64,000 bases of DNA, taken from contig CBDHFB010000016.1 of NCBI GenBank assembly GCA_965262385.1, positions 3,510,032 to 3,574,031 of the forward strand. Reading direction: 5' to 3'. Position 1 is the first letter of the stretch, and each line of letters begins with the position of its first letter. Below the pieces are notes generated by a model. It was not told the origin of the DNA, did not search any database, and worked only from the letters and a program-made list of their open reading frames with translations. Made by a program: the position numbers and the translations under genes. Origin of the DNA: Dehalococcoidia bacterium. GTDB lineage: Bacteria > Chloroflexota > Dehalococcoidia > Lucifugimonadales > CATOSD01. Positions 9,031-17,763 of this stretch are shown here, piece after piece.

Positions 9031-9174
9031 CTAGACCTCCTGTTGGGACAGCTCCGCGTCTTCATTCCCGCATGCAACCAGGAGAAGGGCGATCAGCACG
9101 GCCAGCGCCGCGACACAGGCGGGAGGGGACGCGCGAACGTAGCGAACGCGGTGGAGGCCCACCACCCCCAACAT
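9031..9174 (-). CDS. Possible small lipoprotein (47 aa), ends at TAG 9031-9033
   Basis: Signal-peptide-like AALAVLIALLLVAC with a lipobox Cys. The frame stays open for 38 more codons after the TAG, to TAA 8914-8916. Confidence 0.3.
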   Translation of the reverse strand: MLGVVGLHRVRYVRASPPACVAALAVLIALLLVACGNEDAELSQQEV

Positions 9175-9208
9175 ACACCCGACACGCCGACACACCGCTC
9201 GCGTCCGA

Positions 9209-9772
9209 CTAAAGCCACTGCTTCTGGCCGGTAACGTAGATACTCTGGAAGTCTTCATCCGACTTGGTCAGGTAGATAATGCCTTCCACCAACCCGAGTA
9301 CGCCAGCCGCCATCAGAAAAGCATAGCCAACCACGTACATCAATAACCCAATGACGGCGCCAATGCCGAACATCCCCAAAGCTATGAATGCACTGCCCAC
9401 AATCAGAGCCAGCACTATGCCGCCGCCGCCAACTGCCAGCTGTATTATTGCGGGCTTCTTGAAGCTCAGGTAGAACTTGTGGACGCCGGCCCAGCCAAGG
9501 AATATCCCCAGCAGCCCGGCAACCACCTTGGTCTTCTCGGAGCCCATCACGCCCTCGAGAGCGCCGCCAATCCCGCCGGCGCCGGGGGCCGGCGTAGCAC
9601 GATAAATGGCTACAGCATCGCTGCCCTGCGCCTCGAAATCCACCCGCATTCCCCGGTTGGGAATGGCCTGGTCTTTCCATTCGGTCCCGACAAAGTTATA
9701 TCGGTTGCCGTCATCCCCTGTGATCAGTCCCGAGTTGGTTTGAGCGGAGTAATCTAATACTCGTCCATTCAT
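9209..9772 (-). CDS. TM2 domain-containing membrane protein (187 aa from ATG 9772)
   Basis: GLLGIFLGWAGVHKFYL is the TM2-domain signature, followed by further helices. Soluble beta-rich N-terminal domain. Purine-rich ggagaacaggga precedes the ATG. Confidence 0.75.
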   Translation of the reverse strand: MNGRVLDYSAQTNSGLITGDDGNRYNFVGTEWKDQAIPNRGMRVDFEAQGSDAVAIYRATPAPGAGGIGGALEGVMGSEKTKVVAGLLGIFLGWAGVHKFYLSFKKPAIIQLAVGGGGIVLALIVGSAFIALGMFGIGAVIGLLMYVVGYAFLMAAGVLGLVEGIIYLTKSDEDFQSIYVTGQKQWL

Positions 9773-9928
9773 TCCCTGTTCTCCTCTCCCTGCTGCGCTG
9801 CTGGGATCTGACAAGTTGTCTCGGCTGATTACGGCTTTATATCGCCTTCTCCCAATCGATGGTGGACGCTCCGCCTCCGTCTGAGCTTCCCGGGGCGCGA
9901 ATCCGCTTACGCCCCGTCGCGCCAGTAT

Positions 9929-10327
9929 ATCCGGTATTTTCCATATTGGGAGTCTTCAGACTCAAAGGGCAATCCAAACGAGATGGTAGCATCATAGTCA
10001 GGTCCTGCAAGGCCAGTCAATCTCCGGTCTATCCAATATGGGATGCGATTCTTGCCGTGAACCATGTTTCTTGTCCATCTTTGTCGTCTTCGGGCCCCCG
10101 CCAGTGGGGTGAAACCGCATTGAAGACAAGCCGACTCCCTGGAGCGCTCTCCCTCTTGGCAAGATCGTGGTTGTACCCTCCCTCAGCTTGGCGCCGGCGA
10201 TAACCGGCCGATACGATCCAACACTCCCTGGAACAACCTTCGAGGAACCGACACCTCGGACAACTGAAAGATCAATAGCCGCGCGTGCCGCACCAGACGG
10301 CCTCCCATCTTGATCAGCTTGACCTGC
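9929..10327 (-). mobile_element. Remnant of a second IS1380-family copy (terminal ~0.4 kb only)
   Basis: Collinear with 5354-5757 with scattered mismatches. Covers the transposase C-terminus (QVKLIKMGG...) and the element end. Homology stops at gacctgc (10327). Confidence 0.8.
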
Positions 10328-10805
10328 CAGGTGCTCACGGGGGATCATCGGGTGGTCGGTGATGAGTTCCAGCGTCCGCTTCTCCGAAGGGCTGACGCCG
10401 AAGGCCGGCGCAGCCCGCGCCATGCGCTCGGGACGGGGCAGCGATGCCCGCTTCCGCTCCGGTGATGCGATGGAACGCCTTCCGCCGGGGCTGCCGTGGG
10501 CGCTCACGTCCTCCAGCGTGCGGTACGTGCTGCCGACCCACGAGTGTTTGTGCCAGAGGCGAAGGTCCCGTCTTTCCAGCGCGTTCCTCGACTCCACGGC
10601 AACATAGCAGTCGTCAAGGTTCAGGTTTATGCAGAACCTCGTCGTCAACCTCTCCTCCCAGACGCTGGGGGTGAGGATCAGGGTGGCGTCGGGGCGGCGC
10701 GTGTAGTCGTACCCCGCGATGGCCCTCAGCCGGTCATAGAGAGACCGGCGCCGTAGGGCCAGGCCCTGGCGCACCACGCCGAACGTCCGGCCGTCGTGGC
10801 GGTAT
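10328..10805 (-). pseudogene. Coding-looking fragment(s), possibly replication-relaxation-family related, cut at both ends
   Basis: Strong G/C third-position bias in this frame throughout. The last ~32 codons (MARAAPAFGVSPSEKRTLELITDHPMIPREHLA) resemble the N-terminus of the protein at 61960 (RPAEKRALDLISNWPWIGLGELA). Truncated by the IS1380 remnant. Confidence 0.3.
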
Positions 10806-11348
10806 CTCCCCGCTCAACTCGTTGTAGATGAGGCTCAGCGATTCCAGGTTGGAGAGACTGCCCAGCTCCGGCGGCAGCTCCCCGCTCAAGCCGTTGCCGT
10901 AGAATTCCAGCGCTGTAACGCGCCCGTCGTCGTTGGTGATGACGCCGTACCATTCGCCGAGGGGCGCGTCGCTCAGCCAGTTGTCGCTTTCATCCCAGTT
11001 CTCACCGTTCGTTGCGTTGTAGAGGGCAACCAGGGCTTCCCGGTCCGTTTTGGCGGAGCCGGAGGCCGCGGGCGGCGCAGTCGCAGGCGCATCGGTGGCG
11101 GTGGTCGCGGCCCCTGACCCTGTCGTGGTAGGCGTCCGTACGGGGGAGGCCGGCGTCTCCGTTGGGGTGGACGTGGTCCGATCGGGGCCGGTCCCGGCGT
11201 CCGGCTCATCAGAGCCGCAGGCCGCGAGCGCCGCCGTAAGGGCCAGCGCAAGGACAACGCTCAACAGGGTCGCGTATCTTGTCGCGCGTGTACGGGTCGT
11301 TTTCTTTCCCTCCCGGTCTTGACCGGCACCATGTATCCGCAGATTCAT
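10734..11348 (-). CDS. Lipoprotein with leucine-rich repeats, apparently 3'-truncated after two LRRs
   Basis: Lipobox LTAALAAC followed by a Thr/Pro/Ala linker. REALVALYNATNGENWDESDNWLSDAPLGEWYGV is an LRR N-cap, followed by LSGELPPELGSLSNLESLSLIYNELSGEIP. The sequence turns non-LRR at about 10805. Confidence 0.6.
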   Translation of the reverse strand: MNLRIHGAGQDREGKKTTRTRATRYATLLSVVLALALTAALAACGSDEPDAGTGPDRTTSTPTETPASPVRTPTTTGSGAATTATDAPATAPPAASGSAKTDREALVALYNATNGENWDESDNWLSDAPLGEWYGVITNDDGRVTALEFYGNGLSGELPPELGSLSNLESLSLIYNELSGEIPPRRPDVRRGAPGPGPTAPVSL

Positions 11349-11584
11349 ACAGATAATATAGCGGAGTTACTCTGGGTGTCAATGCTGAGACACCCGTTTC
11401 GCCACTCCCAAATATGTGTTGGTATGTCGGCTTCCGCAGGGTTGAGCGGGCGAGCACGGACCGGGCTTGTCTTCGCCGGGTCGCAGCCCCGATAATGAGT
11501 ACCTGGGCTGTTCCCACGCCCTGGCAAAGGGTGGCGCGGCGCAATCACAGGCGTCGCGTCAGAGCAAGCTCTCGACGGGAATAG

Positions 11585-11617
11585 ATGAGCCTCCAACCCT
11601 GCGGGCCGGAGGCTCAT
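11585..11617 (-). terminator. Hairpin downstream of the native recombinase stop
   Basis: Perfect 10-bp stem atgagcctcc / ggaggctcat with a 13-nt loop, followed on the minus strand by ctattccc. Confidence 0.35.
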
Positions 11618-11648
11618 GGGGCCTATTCGGGGTAGCCTGAGCGAGTCC

Positions 11649-11679
11649 TTATATTAGGACCTCCCACCGAAAAGTTCGC
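11649..11679 (-). pseudogene. Native last 10 codons plus stop of the serine recombinase at 13368-14964, displaced by IS1182 copy 2
   Basis: The minus strand reads g cga act ttt cgg tgg gag gtc cta ata taa, giving (L)RTFRWEVLI*. Confidence 0.55.
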
Positions 11680-11683
11680 AATT

Positions 11684-13363
11684 GAGCCTGTCTCACAAGT
11701 CTGGGTTGGCATTGAGTGTGGGTCAGGTGTACGTTTGAAGCGACATCAAGGTGGGAGATATTGAGATGCCGCTTCGAGAGATGGGCCGAGAGCAGATTTG
11801 GATGTTGCCGCCGACGCTTGACGAGTTGTTGCCGCTGGATCATCCGGCGCGGTTCGTGGCCGAGTTCGTTGACGCTTTGGACCGGGAGGACTGGGGGGAG
11901 CTTGGGGTGAAGATAGACGGGGAGGTGCTGGGAGCGCCAGCCTACCATCCACGTGCGCTGTTGAGCGTGTGGCTGTACGGCTTCATGACCGGGGTGCGCT
12001 CGTGCCGGAAGCTGGAGGCGGCCTGCCGGGACCAGATACCGTACCTATGGCTGTCCGGGTGGCAGCATCCTGACCACAACACCCTGTGGCGGTTCTACAG
12101 AGGGCATCGGCAGGCCATGAGGAAGCTGTTCGAGCGTACCGTGCGTACGGCGGTGGCCATGAAGTTGGTGGATCTGGCGGTTCAGGCGGTGGATGGTACG
12201 AAGGTGGTCGCCAACGCGTCAGTGAACAGGAGCTACGATGCCGAGGGGCTGAGAGGGCTATTGGATCGGTTGGAGCGGGCGATAACCGACCTTGAGGCTC
12301 AGAACGAAGCGGGAGAAGAGGCCGCCGTTGCCCGTCTGCCTCAGAAGTTGGCTGACAAGGAGGTCTTGAGAGAGCAGGTGAGGCAGGCGATGGACGATCT
12401 CACGAGTCAGAAGCGCCACAAGCGCATCAACCTGACCGACCCAGACGCCAGGCTGATGAAGGGTAGGCAAGGCATCGTGGCTGGCTACAACGCTCAGGCT
12501 ATGGTCTCACCCACAGAGCCGGATGGGGGAGCGACCGGCATGTTGGTCACCGCCGTGGACGTGGTGGATGCGGCCAATGACAATGCCCTGCTGGTTCCGA
12601 TGGTCGAGCAGGCCGAAGAGACGACCGGGACAAGAGCACAGATGACGTTGGCCGACGCCGGATATTTCGCCGCAAGTCACCTGGCAGAGTGCACCCGTCG
12701 AGGTCAGCAGGTGGTGGTGTCCGAGTCACGGCAACGGTTCCTCAAAGACCCATATCACAAGGACCAATTCACCTACAACGAGCCGAGCGACAGCTTTACG
12801 TGTCCGCAGGGACAGACGCTTGCGTTCGTTCGCATACAGCATGCGAACGGAGTCCCGTTGCGACTGTACCGGGCTGCAGGTGCTGTCTGTCAGGCATGCC
12901 CGGCCTTCAGAGCCTGTACCAGAGCCAAAGAGATTGGGCGAAGCCTGGCCATAGGGCCGCACGATGAAGTGCTACGTCGCCATCGCTCCTGGATGTCCAC
13001 CTCAGTAGCTCAAGAGGCTTACAGGCTGAGAAAGCAGCTGGTCGAGCCTGTCTTCGGGATAATCAAGGAGCAACAGGGGGCACGGAGGTTCCTGCTGCGC
13101 GGCCTCGTCAACGTGGCGGCCGAGTGGACCATGTTGGCCACAGCCTTCAACCTGCGCACTCTCTGTCGGGTGTGGAGCTCCAGCCCCTTCATCGGTCTAT
13201 TTAATGGCCCGGAGCCTCGTCCCGTCTCCTGACCTGCAGTGATGACAGCAGCTGACCCATCGCTCCGTCGCCTGTACTACCCGCTCAGGCCAGGGCCTTT
13301 CAGCGAACCCTCCGACCTCTATCCGATCCCCCTATCCGCAATGCCCACTTCTGGGACAGGCTC
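11684..13363 (+). mobile_element. IS1182-family insertion sequence, copy 2 (1680 bp, no IS110 inside)
   Basis: Terminal repeats gagcctgtctcacaagtctggg (11684-) and the rc of cttctgggacaggctc (-13363). Flanked by aatt (11680-11683) and aact (13364-13367). The body matches copy 1 except for the last ~180 bp, which is a diverged homologue. Confidence 0.8.
11751..13232 (+). CDS. IS1182 family transposase (493 aa; alternative ATG at 11766)
   Basis: Identical to 1529-3010 except for the last 13 residues (IGLFNGPEPRPVS vs SHPFHGPKPCAVS). Confidence 0.9.
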   Translation: MGDIEMPLREMGREQIWMLPPTLDELLPLDHPARFVAEFVDALDREDWGELGVKIDGEVLGAPAYHPRALLSVWLYGFMTGVRSCRKLEAACRDQIPYLWLSGWQHPDHNTLWRFYRGHRQAMRKLFERTVRTAVAMKLVDLAVQAVDGTKVVANASVNRSYDAEGLRGLLDRLERAITDLEAQNEAGEEAAVARLPQKLADKEVLREQVRQAMDDLTSQKRHKRINLTDPDARLMKGRQGIVAGYNAQAMVSPTEPDGGATGMLVTAVDVVDAANDNALLVPMVEQAEETTGTRAQMTLADAGYFAASHLAECTRRGQQVVVSESRQRFLKDPYHKDQFTYNEPSDSFTCPQGQTLAFVRIQHANGVPLRLYRAAGAVCQACPAFRACTRAKEIGRSLAIGPHDEVLRRHRSWMSTSVAQEAYRLRKQLVEPVFGIIKEQQGARRFLLRGLVNVAAEWTMLATAFNLRTLCRVWSSSPFIGLFNGPEPRPVS

Positions 13364-14964
13364 AACTCGGTACGTGCAGGCCCACCATAACGTACCGAAT
13401 TCATAACTCGCCCGTTCAGGGCGATCTCTGCGGCGTCCGCTCCCCCCATTGGGCTATCGTCCGGCGTGGGTATGGAGTAGACGATGGCGGCCCTGCCGGG
13501 CTTGACCACGACCTCCTTCACGAAGGAACCGACGAAGGCTTTGGTCTCGGTCAGCTCGCTGGTCTTGAGGAACTCGCTCATCTCGGCGGCGAAGGTGGCG
13601 ATGGTGTCGGCGCTGTCGAGGAACTGCCGCCTCTCTTTCAGCAGCGCCCTCGCCTCCTCTGCGGCGATCTCCAGTTTCTCCTTGCGCTCCCGGTGCTCCC
13701 TGATGCGGTCTGAGGCGTCGGCCATCTCGGTGTCGGTCGTCTCGATGTGGTTCCAGATGCGCCCCAGCCGCTTCTTCACGTCCTCAAGCTCCTCCTCGAT
13801 GGTCTCCAGCCGCTGACGCTGGTCGCGGGCCACCCCGTCCATCTCCTCGTCCAGCAGCTTCACCAGGTCTCGGATGTTGGACTCGGTGAGGACGTTCTCC
13901 CTGATCTCGTTGACGATGAGCTTCTCGAAGCTCTTGGCGTTGAGCCTGGGGGTCTTGCAGGTTCCCTTGCCCCGCTTGAGCAGGGAGTGGCAGATGTAGT
14001 AGGTGTACTTGCCGCTCTTGGCCTCGGCTGCGGTCATGGCCTTGCCGCAGGTCTCGCACTTGGCGATGCCGCTGAGCAGGTAGGGGCTGGAGGCCCGGCG
14101 GGGGTTCACCTTCTTGGGGGCGCGGGATCCGAGCAACCTCCTGGCCTTCTGGAAGTCCCGCTTGGAGACGATGGCGGGGTGTGCGTCCTCGACGCGCACG
14201 GGCGGCGCGCCGTCCTTGGCTTTGGCTCCCCAGACCAAAGTGCCGGTGTAGGCTTCGTGGGAGAGCATGGTGTGGATGGTGGTCTTGAGCCACTTCTTGC
14301 CGTTGGTGGTTGGGATGCCCTCGGCGTTGAGGGTCTTGGTCACGTCGAGGATGCTCTTGCCCTGTAGCACCATGTCGAAGACCCGTCTGACCACGGCGTC
14401 GGCGGGCGGGTTCAGCTCAAGCTTGGGGCGCTTCGCGGCCCCATCCTGGACGTGGACCCGCTTGTAGCCGTAGGGTGCGTAGGTGGTCATCCAGAAGCCT
14501 CTCGACGCGGCCTCCCACATCCCCCGAACAACCTCCTGGGCGAGATTTTCGCTGTAAAACTCGTCCACGCTCTCGATGATGGCCTCAAGGAGCTTGCCCG
14601 TGGGGGTGTCGTCGGCCTGCTCGGTGATGGAGACCACTCGGACGCCTCTGCGTCTCAGCATGGACTTGAAGGCGACGGCGTGCTCGCGCTTGCGGGTGAA
14701 TCGGGAGAATTTCCAGACGAGAATCTCCTTGAAGGGAGCCTCGGGCTTGTTGGCCTCGTTCAGCATCTTCTGGAACTGGGGCCTGTCGGCGATGCGGCCG
14801 CTCTCGGCCTCGTCCACGTACTCGCGGGCGACCAGGTAGTCGTTCTTCTCGGCGTAGTCCCTGAGCGCCCTTAGCTGGGCGGCGATGGACAGGTCCACGT
14901 CCTGGCGGTCGCTGGACACCCTGGCGTAGAGGGCCGCTGGCGTGAGATCAAATCGCTCGTTCAT
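13300..14964 (-). CDS. Large serine recombinase (554 aa from ATG 14964); the last ~21 codons are read from IS1182 sequence
   Basis: Resolvase catalytic block YARVSSDRQ...SIAAQ. Recombinase domain, Zn-ribbon (CETCGKAMT...YYICHS...CKT) and a long coiled coil. aaggagg SD upstream of ATG 14964. Confidence 0.9.
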   Translation of the reverse strand: MNERFDLTPAALYARVSSDRQDVDLSIAAQLRALRDYAEKNDYLVAREYVDEAESGRIADRPQFQKMLNEANKPEAPFKEILVWKFSRFTRKREHAVAFKSMLRRRGVRVVSITEQADDTPTGKLLEAIIESVDEFYSENLAQEVVRGMWEAASRGFWMTTYAPYGYKRVHVQDGAAKRPKLELNPPADAVVRRVFDMVLQGKSILDVTKTLNAEGIPTTNGKKWLKTTIHTMLSHEAYTGTLVWGAKAKDGAPPVRVEDAHPAIVSKRDFQKARRLLGSRAPKKVNPRRASSPYLLSGIAKCETCGKAMTAAEAKSGKYTYYICHSLLKRGKGTCKTPRLNAKSFEKLIVNEIRENVLTESNIRDLVKLLDEEMDGVARDQRQRLETIEEELEDVKKRLGRIWNHIETTDTEMADASDRIREHRERKEKLEIAAEEARALLKERRQFLDSADTIATFAAEMSEFLKTSELTETKAFVGSFVKEVVVKPGRAAIVYSIPTPDDSPMGGADAAEIALNGRVMNSVRYGGPARTELSLSQKWALRIGGSDRGRRVR

Positions 14965-15191
14965 CGGTCTGTCCTCCTTGTCTCTTCCTGCTCTGTAGTC
15001 CGGCGGGAGCGCAGCCGTTCCAGCCGCTCCCGTCTGCGCCACTCCCGCTCCTCCATGAAGATGCGGATGGCCTCGCGAAGCAGCTCGCTCACGGTGCGGT
15101 CCTCCTCCTTCACCACCTGCCGCAGCTGCTGGGCCATCTCCGGCGGTAGGGAGAAGGTGATGGTGTCCGTGTTCCTGGGCTTGGTGGGCAT
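14961..15191 (-). CDS. Ribbon-helix-helix (CopG/Arc-type) protein, 76 aa
   Basis: DTITFSLPPEMAQQLRQVVKEEDRTVSELLREAIRIFM is an RHH pattern. Its stop overlaps the recombinase start (ATGA at 14961-14964). Confidence 0.75.
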   Translation of the reverse strand: MPTKPRNTDTITFSLPPEMAQQLRQVVKEEDRTVSELLREAIRIFMEEREWRRRERLERLRSRRTTEQEETRRTDR

Positions 15192-15398
15192 GGCGTGCTT
15201 CTCTCGCCTGTTATTATAGCACAGCGTCTTACTCTTATCATCTTCCACCCGTAGCTCTGCCGTCAAGGGAGCGCGGGCGAGAATCGGGCCGGAAGCCGGT
15301 CCTGGGCCTGCGACATTGAAGCTGCATGGGAGCACGCAATTTCAGGCCAGGACTACGGGAGGAGCGAGGTCCCTCGCAAAAGAGCCGGTTCCGGCGAG

Positions 15399-15723
15399 AG
15401 TTCCTGAAAGGGAAGTCGGGAAGCGGATGGCCGCAGCTAAGTTGCAGCCACATTCCAGCTACGTGAAGGCAAGTGTCATCCGGGGGCCGTCCGGGGCTGT
15501 GCAGGTCGTCCAAGGGCCGTCTGAAGCCGTCAAATGCCGCTCCGGGAGCCGGATGTGCTGTCATACCCGTGTACAGGGATTTGCGTCAGTTCCCAAGAGG
15601 GAAGTCGGGGGTCGTTTTGAACGTGAAACAGGCGGGGAAAAAGGGAAGTGGAGCCAATCCTGCGAGCACTTTGGCGAAAGGGTTGGTTCCGGAAAAGTGG
15701 CAGCAGTTCCCAAAAGGGAAGTC
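15399..15723. promoter_or_regulatory. Three copies of a 19-nt near-palindrome AGTTCC(Y)(R)A(R)AGGGAAGTC
   Basis: agttcctgaaagggaagtc at 15399-15417, agttcccaagagggaagtc at 15588-15606, and agttcccaaaagggaagtc at 15705-15723. The core is TTCCC-N4-GGGAA. They lie upstream of the RHH-recombinase operon in ORF-poor DNA. Confidence 0.5.
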
Positions 15724-16367
15724 ACACGGAGAACGGGGTGATCAGGGCCGGTGGCGGTCGCAGCGCAGCCGCATCGGAGCAAGCAGTTCGGAGGCCCGTT
15801 CAGGCCGCGTGAGGCAGGCTGAATCCCCCCTACAGGATGGTGGGGTGCGTGACGGCGCGAGTGGCGTGGGCGGACCCCTGGGCGTTGGCAACCGGCGTCG
15901 TGCGAGAAGGCTGAGTCGGGGCCGGTGCAGTCAGTTCCAGGTCGGGCGCCGACCAGGGCGGTTCGACTGCACGACGGAGCCCGGGTCGAGCCGCTGTGCG
16001 GGATCACGTTGGCTCTGAAGGACCTGAGGCTCGACTCAGGCATAGTGTGTGAGGAGGGCCTGTCATACGTGCCCGGGCTCGCGCAGAGTCCCCCCTTGCA
16101 GGGCCTGATACATGGCGGCCCGGTTGTGGTGTGATACCCGTGTACAGGGATTTGAGTCCGGTGGACGGGTTGTAATCGAGGTCGTGGGCAAGCTGATACA
16201 GGTTTGGAACGCCCCCCTACAGGAGGTAGCCTGCGAGCACTTTGTCTCCGGGGTCCTTCCACGGGGTTTGGACAACGCCCCCTGTGAAAGTTGCGGAAGT
16301 GCAATCGGGAAAAGCGGGTGCGAGGGGACAGCTCCCCCTACGAAAGTTGTAGAAGTGCAATCGGGAA
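15563..16367. repeat. Dispersed short direct repeats in non-coding DNA
   Basis: Four repeat pairs. atacccgtgtacagggatttg occurs at 15563-15583 and 16134-16154 (21/21). cctgcgagcactttg occurs at 15659-15673 and 16230-16244. cccccctacagga occurs at 15825-15837 and 16212-16224. gaaagttg(c/t)(g/a)gaagtgcaatcgggaa occurs at 16286-16311 and 16342-16367. Confidence 0.7.
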
Positions 16368-16434
16368 GGCCGAAGGCGTGACTGAACAGGATTTCTACCC
16401 CGAATCGAGCCGGAGTCTGGACAGCCTGCGGCAT

Positions 16435-17204
16435 ATGCGGCTCATGGCGCTGCTGCGGGACATGATCGAAGCTGAGGGCAAGGTGCAGACGGCGGCGGCG
16501 CTGGGCGTCAACTACCGAACCCTGGTGTGTCACGAGGAGACGGGCCGGTTGACCGACCGGATAGCCAACGCTTTGGAGCGGCACCTGCTGCTGGGGGGCG
16601 GCTCGGCTGCCGCCCAGCAGCAGGATCGGGTCGATGCGTTGGTAGAGCGGGTGTCCGCTTTGGAGCGGGAGCTGCGTGGCGGCTCGGAGCCGTCGTGGGA
16701 GAGGTCAAGGCGTTCAGGGAGGAGCACGCAAGGTCGATGCGGCACGTGGAGCGGCGGCTGGTACGGCTGGAGGCGGGAAGGAACGGGTCTGAGACGCCCT
16801 CTCCGACCGGAGCAGAGACTGAGCCGACGAAGCGAAGGTACGTGCGCCCAAGGACGTATCCCCAGCTGGTGACCCCGGAGGCCGAACCCGACGAGGACCT
16901 GGTGTACGGCGATGCGGCGCCGGTGATCGTCGAGTGGCGGAGGGTGCGGGCCGAGTTCCTCAAGACCGGCGCCACGCTGGACAGGACGGAGGTCCAGGAG
17001 CCAATGTTGGAGATGGAGATCGCCCTCGTCGGGGAGCACGAGCTGACGCTGCCCCCGGCCTCGTTCCCCTGGGACGAGTTCGACCGGCGGGATAAGGTCT
17101 GGGAGTTGACGCAGGACCTCAAGCGGGTGCGGGCGGAGCGCAACCGGACGCTGCTGCGGCGGTGGCTGCGCCGCGTCCTCACCTTCGGACTGTGGAGGAA
17201 GTAG
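16435..17204 (+). pseudogene. Hypothetical HTH/coiled-coil protein whose frame switches near 16685-16700
   Basis: The sensible sequence MRLMALLRDMIEAEGKVQTAAALGVNYRTLV...VSALERELRG lies in one frame. It continues as AVVGEVKAFREEHARSMRHVERRLVRLE...FGLWRK in the frame of ORF 16527-17204. The tail of the first frame is Arg/Gly/Ser-rich junk. Confidence 0.4.
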
Positions 17205-17400
17205 GCGCGGTCCGGTGTCTGCCACATGGGAGCTAAGTCGGAGCGAGCAATTTGGGCGTAGGGGGCCGAATTGCCCGTCCGGGGCCTTCCATTCGGTCGG
17301 ATGTTCGGGCGATAATTGACTCAGTTTCCGGCTTTTTCCAGCGTTTCGTGCCTAGAAACCTGGAGGATTCCCGTCCCCCGAATCCGGGACCGGCTGCATA

Positions 17401-17484
17401 GGATTGAGCCTTGCTCTCCGAACAGCCGCCCAGGGGTCAGACCGGAAGGATTGAGCCTCGCTCTCCCGATGGCCGCCCCGGAGG
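17401..17484. repeat. Two tandem ~47-bp units
   Basis: ggattgagccttgctctccgaacagccgccc... at 17401 and ggattgagcctcgctctcccgatggccgccc... at 17448. Confidence 0.6.
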
Positions 17485-17763
17485 ACACATTCGCAGCGGT
17501 TGGAGCGTCTCTCGCTTCGGCCCCTCGGACACCCTCGTCGGAGTGCGCCCCGCACACTGGCCGGTTCCTCACGTCTGCGGCATGGTTCCTGTGGAACTGG
17601 CCGCAGCTTCACCACGCGCCGGTCTGCCATTGCGTTGTAGACTGGCCGCTTCCCTCGCGCAGCATCCCAGGACGTTACCGACGTAGCTCCCGGGTCTCGC
17701 TGCGTCTCTCACCGGGCCGTCCTGTGGTTGATCTGCAGGCCGGTCGGTTCTCCCCCACTTCAT

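Noticed and set aside
15473-16584. ORFs of 173-247 aa within the repeat-rich region (15473-16018, 15561-16304, 16063-16584)
   Set aside because: Their composition is poor, they have no SD, they overlap one another, and they cut across the repeated words. I treat the region as non-coding.
17401-17460. attgagcct in the 47-bp tandem units matches the AATT plus IS1182 tip (aattgagcct)
   Set aside because: The match is only 9 nt. The following bases (tgctctcc / cgctctcc) differ from the IS1182 repeat (gtctca), and there is no IS nearby. It is probably chance.
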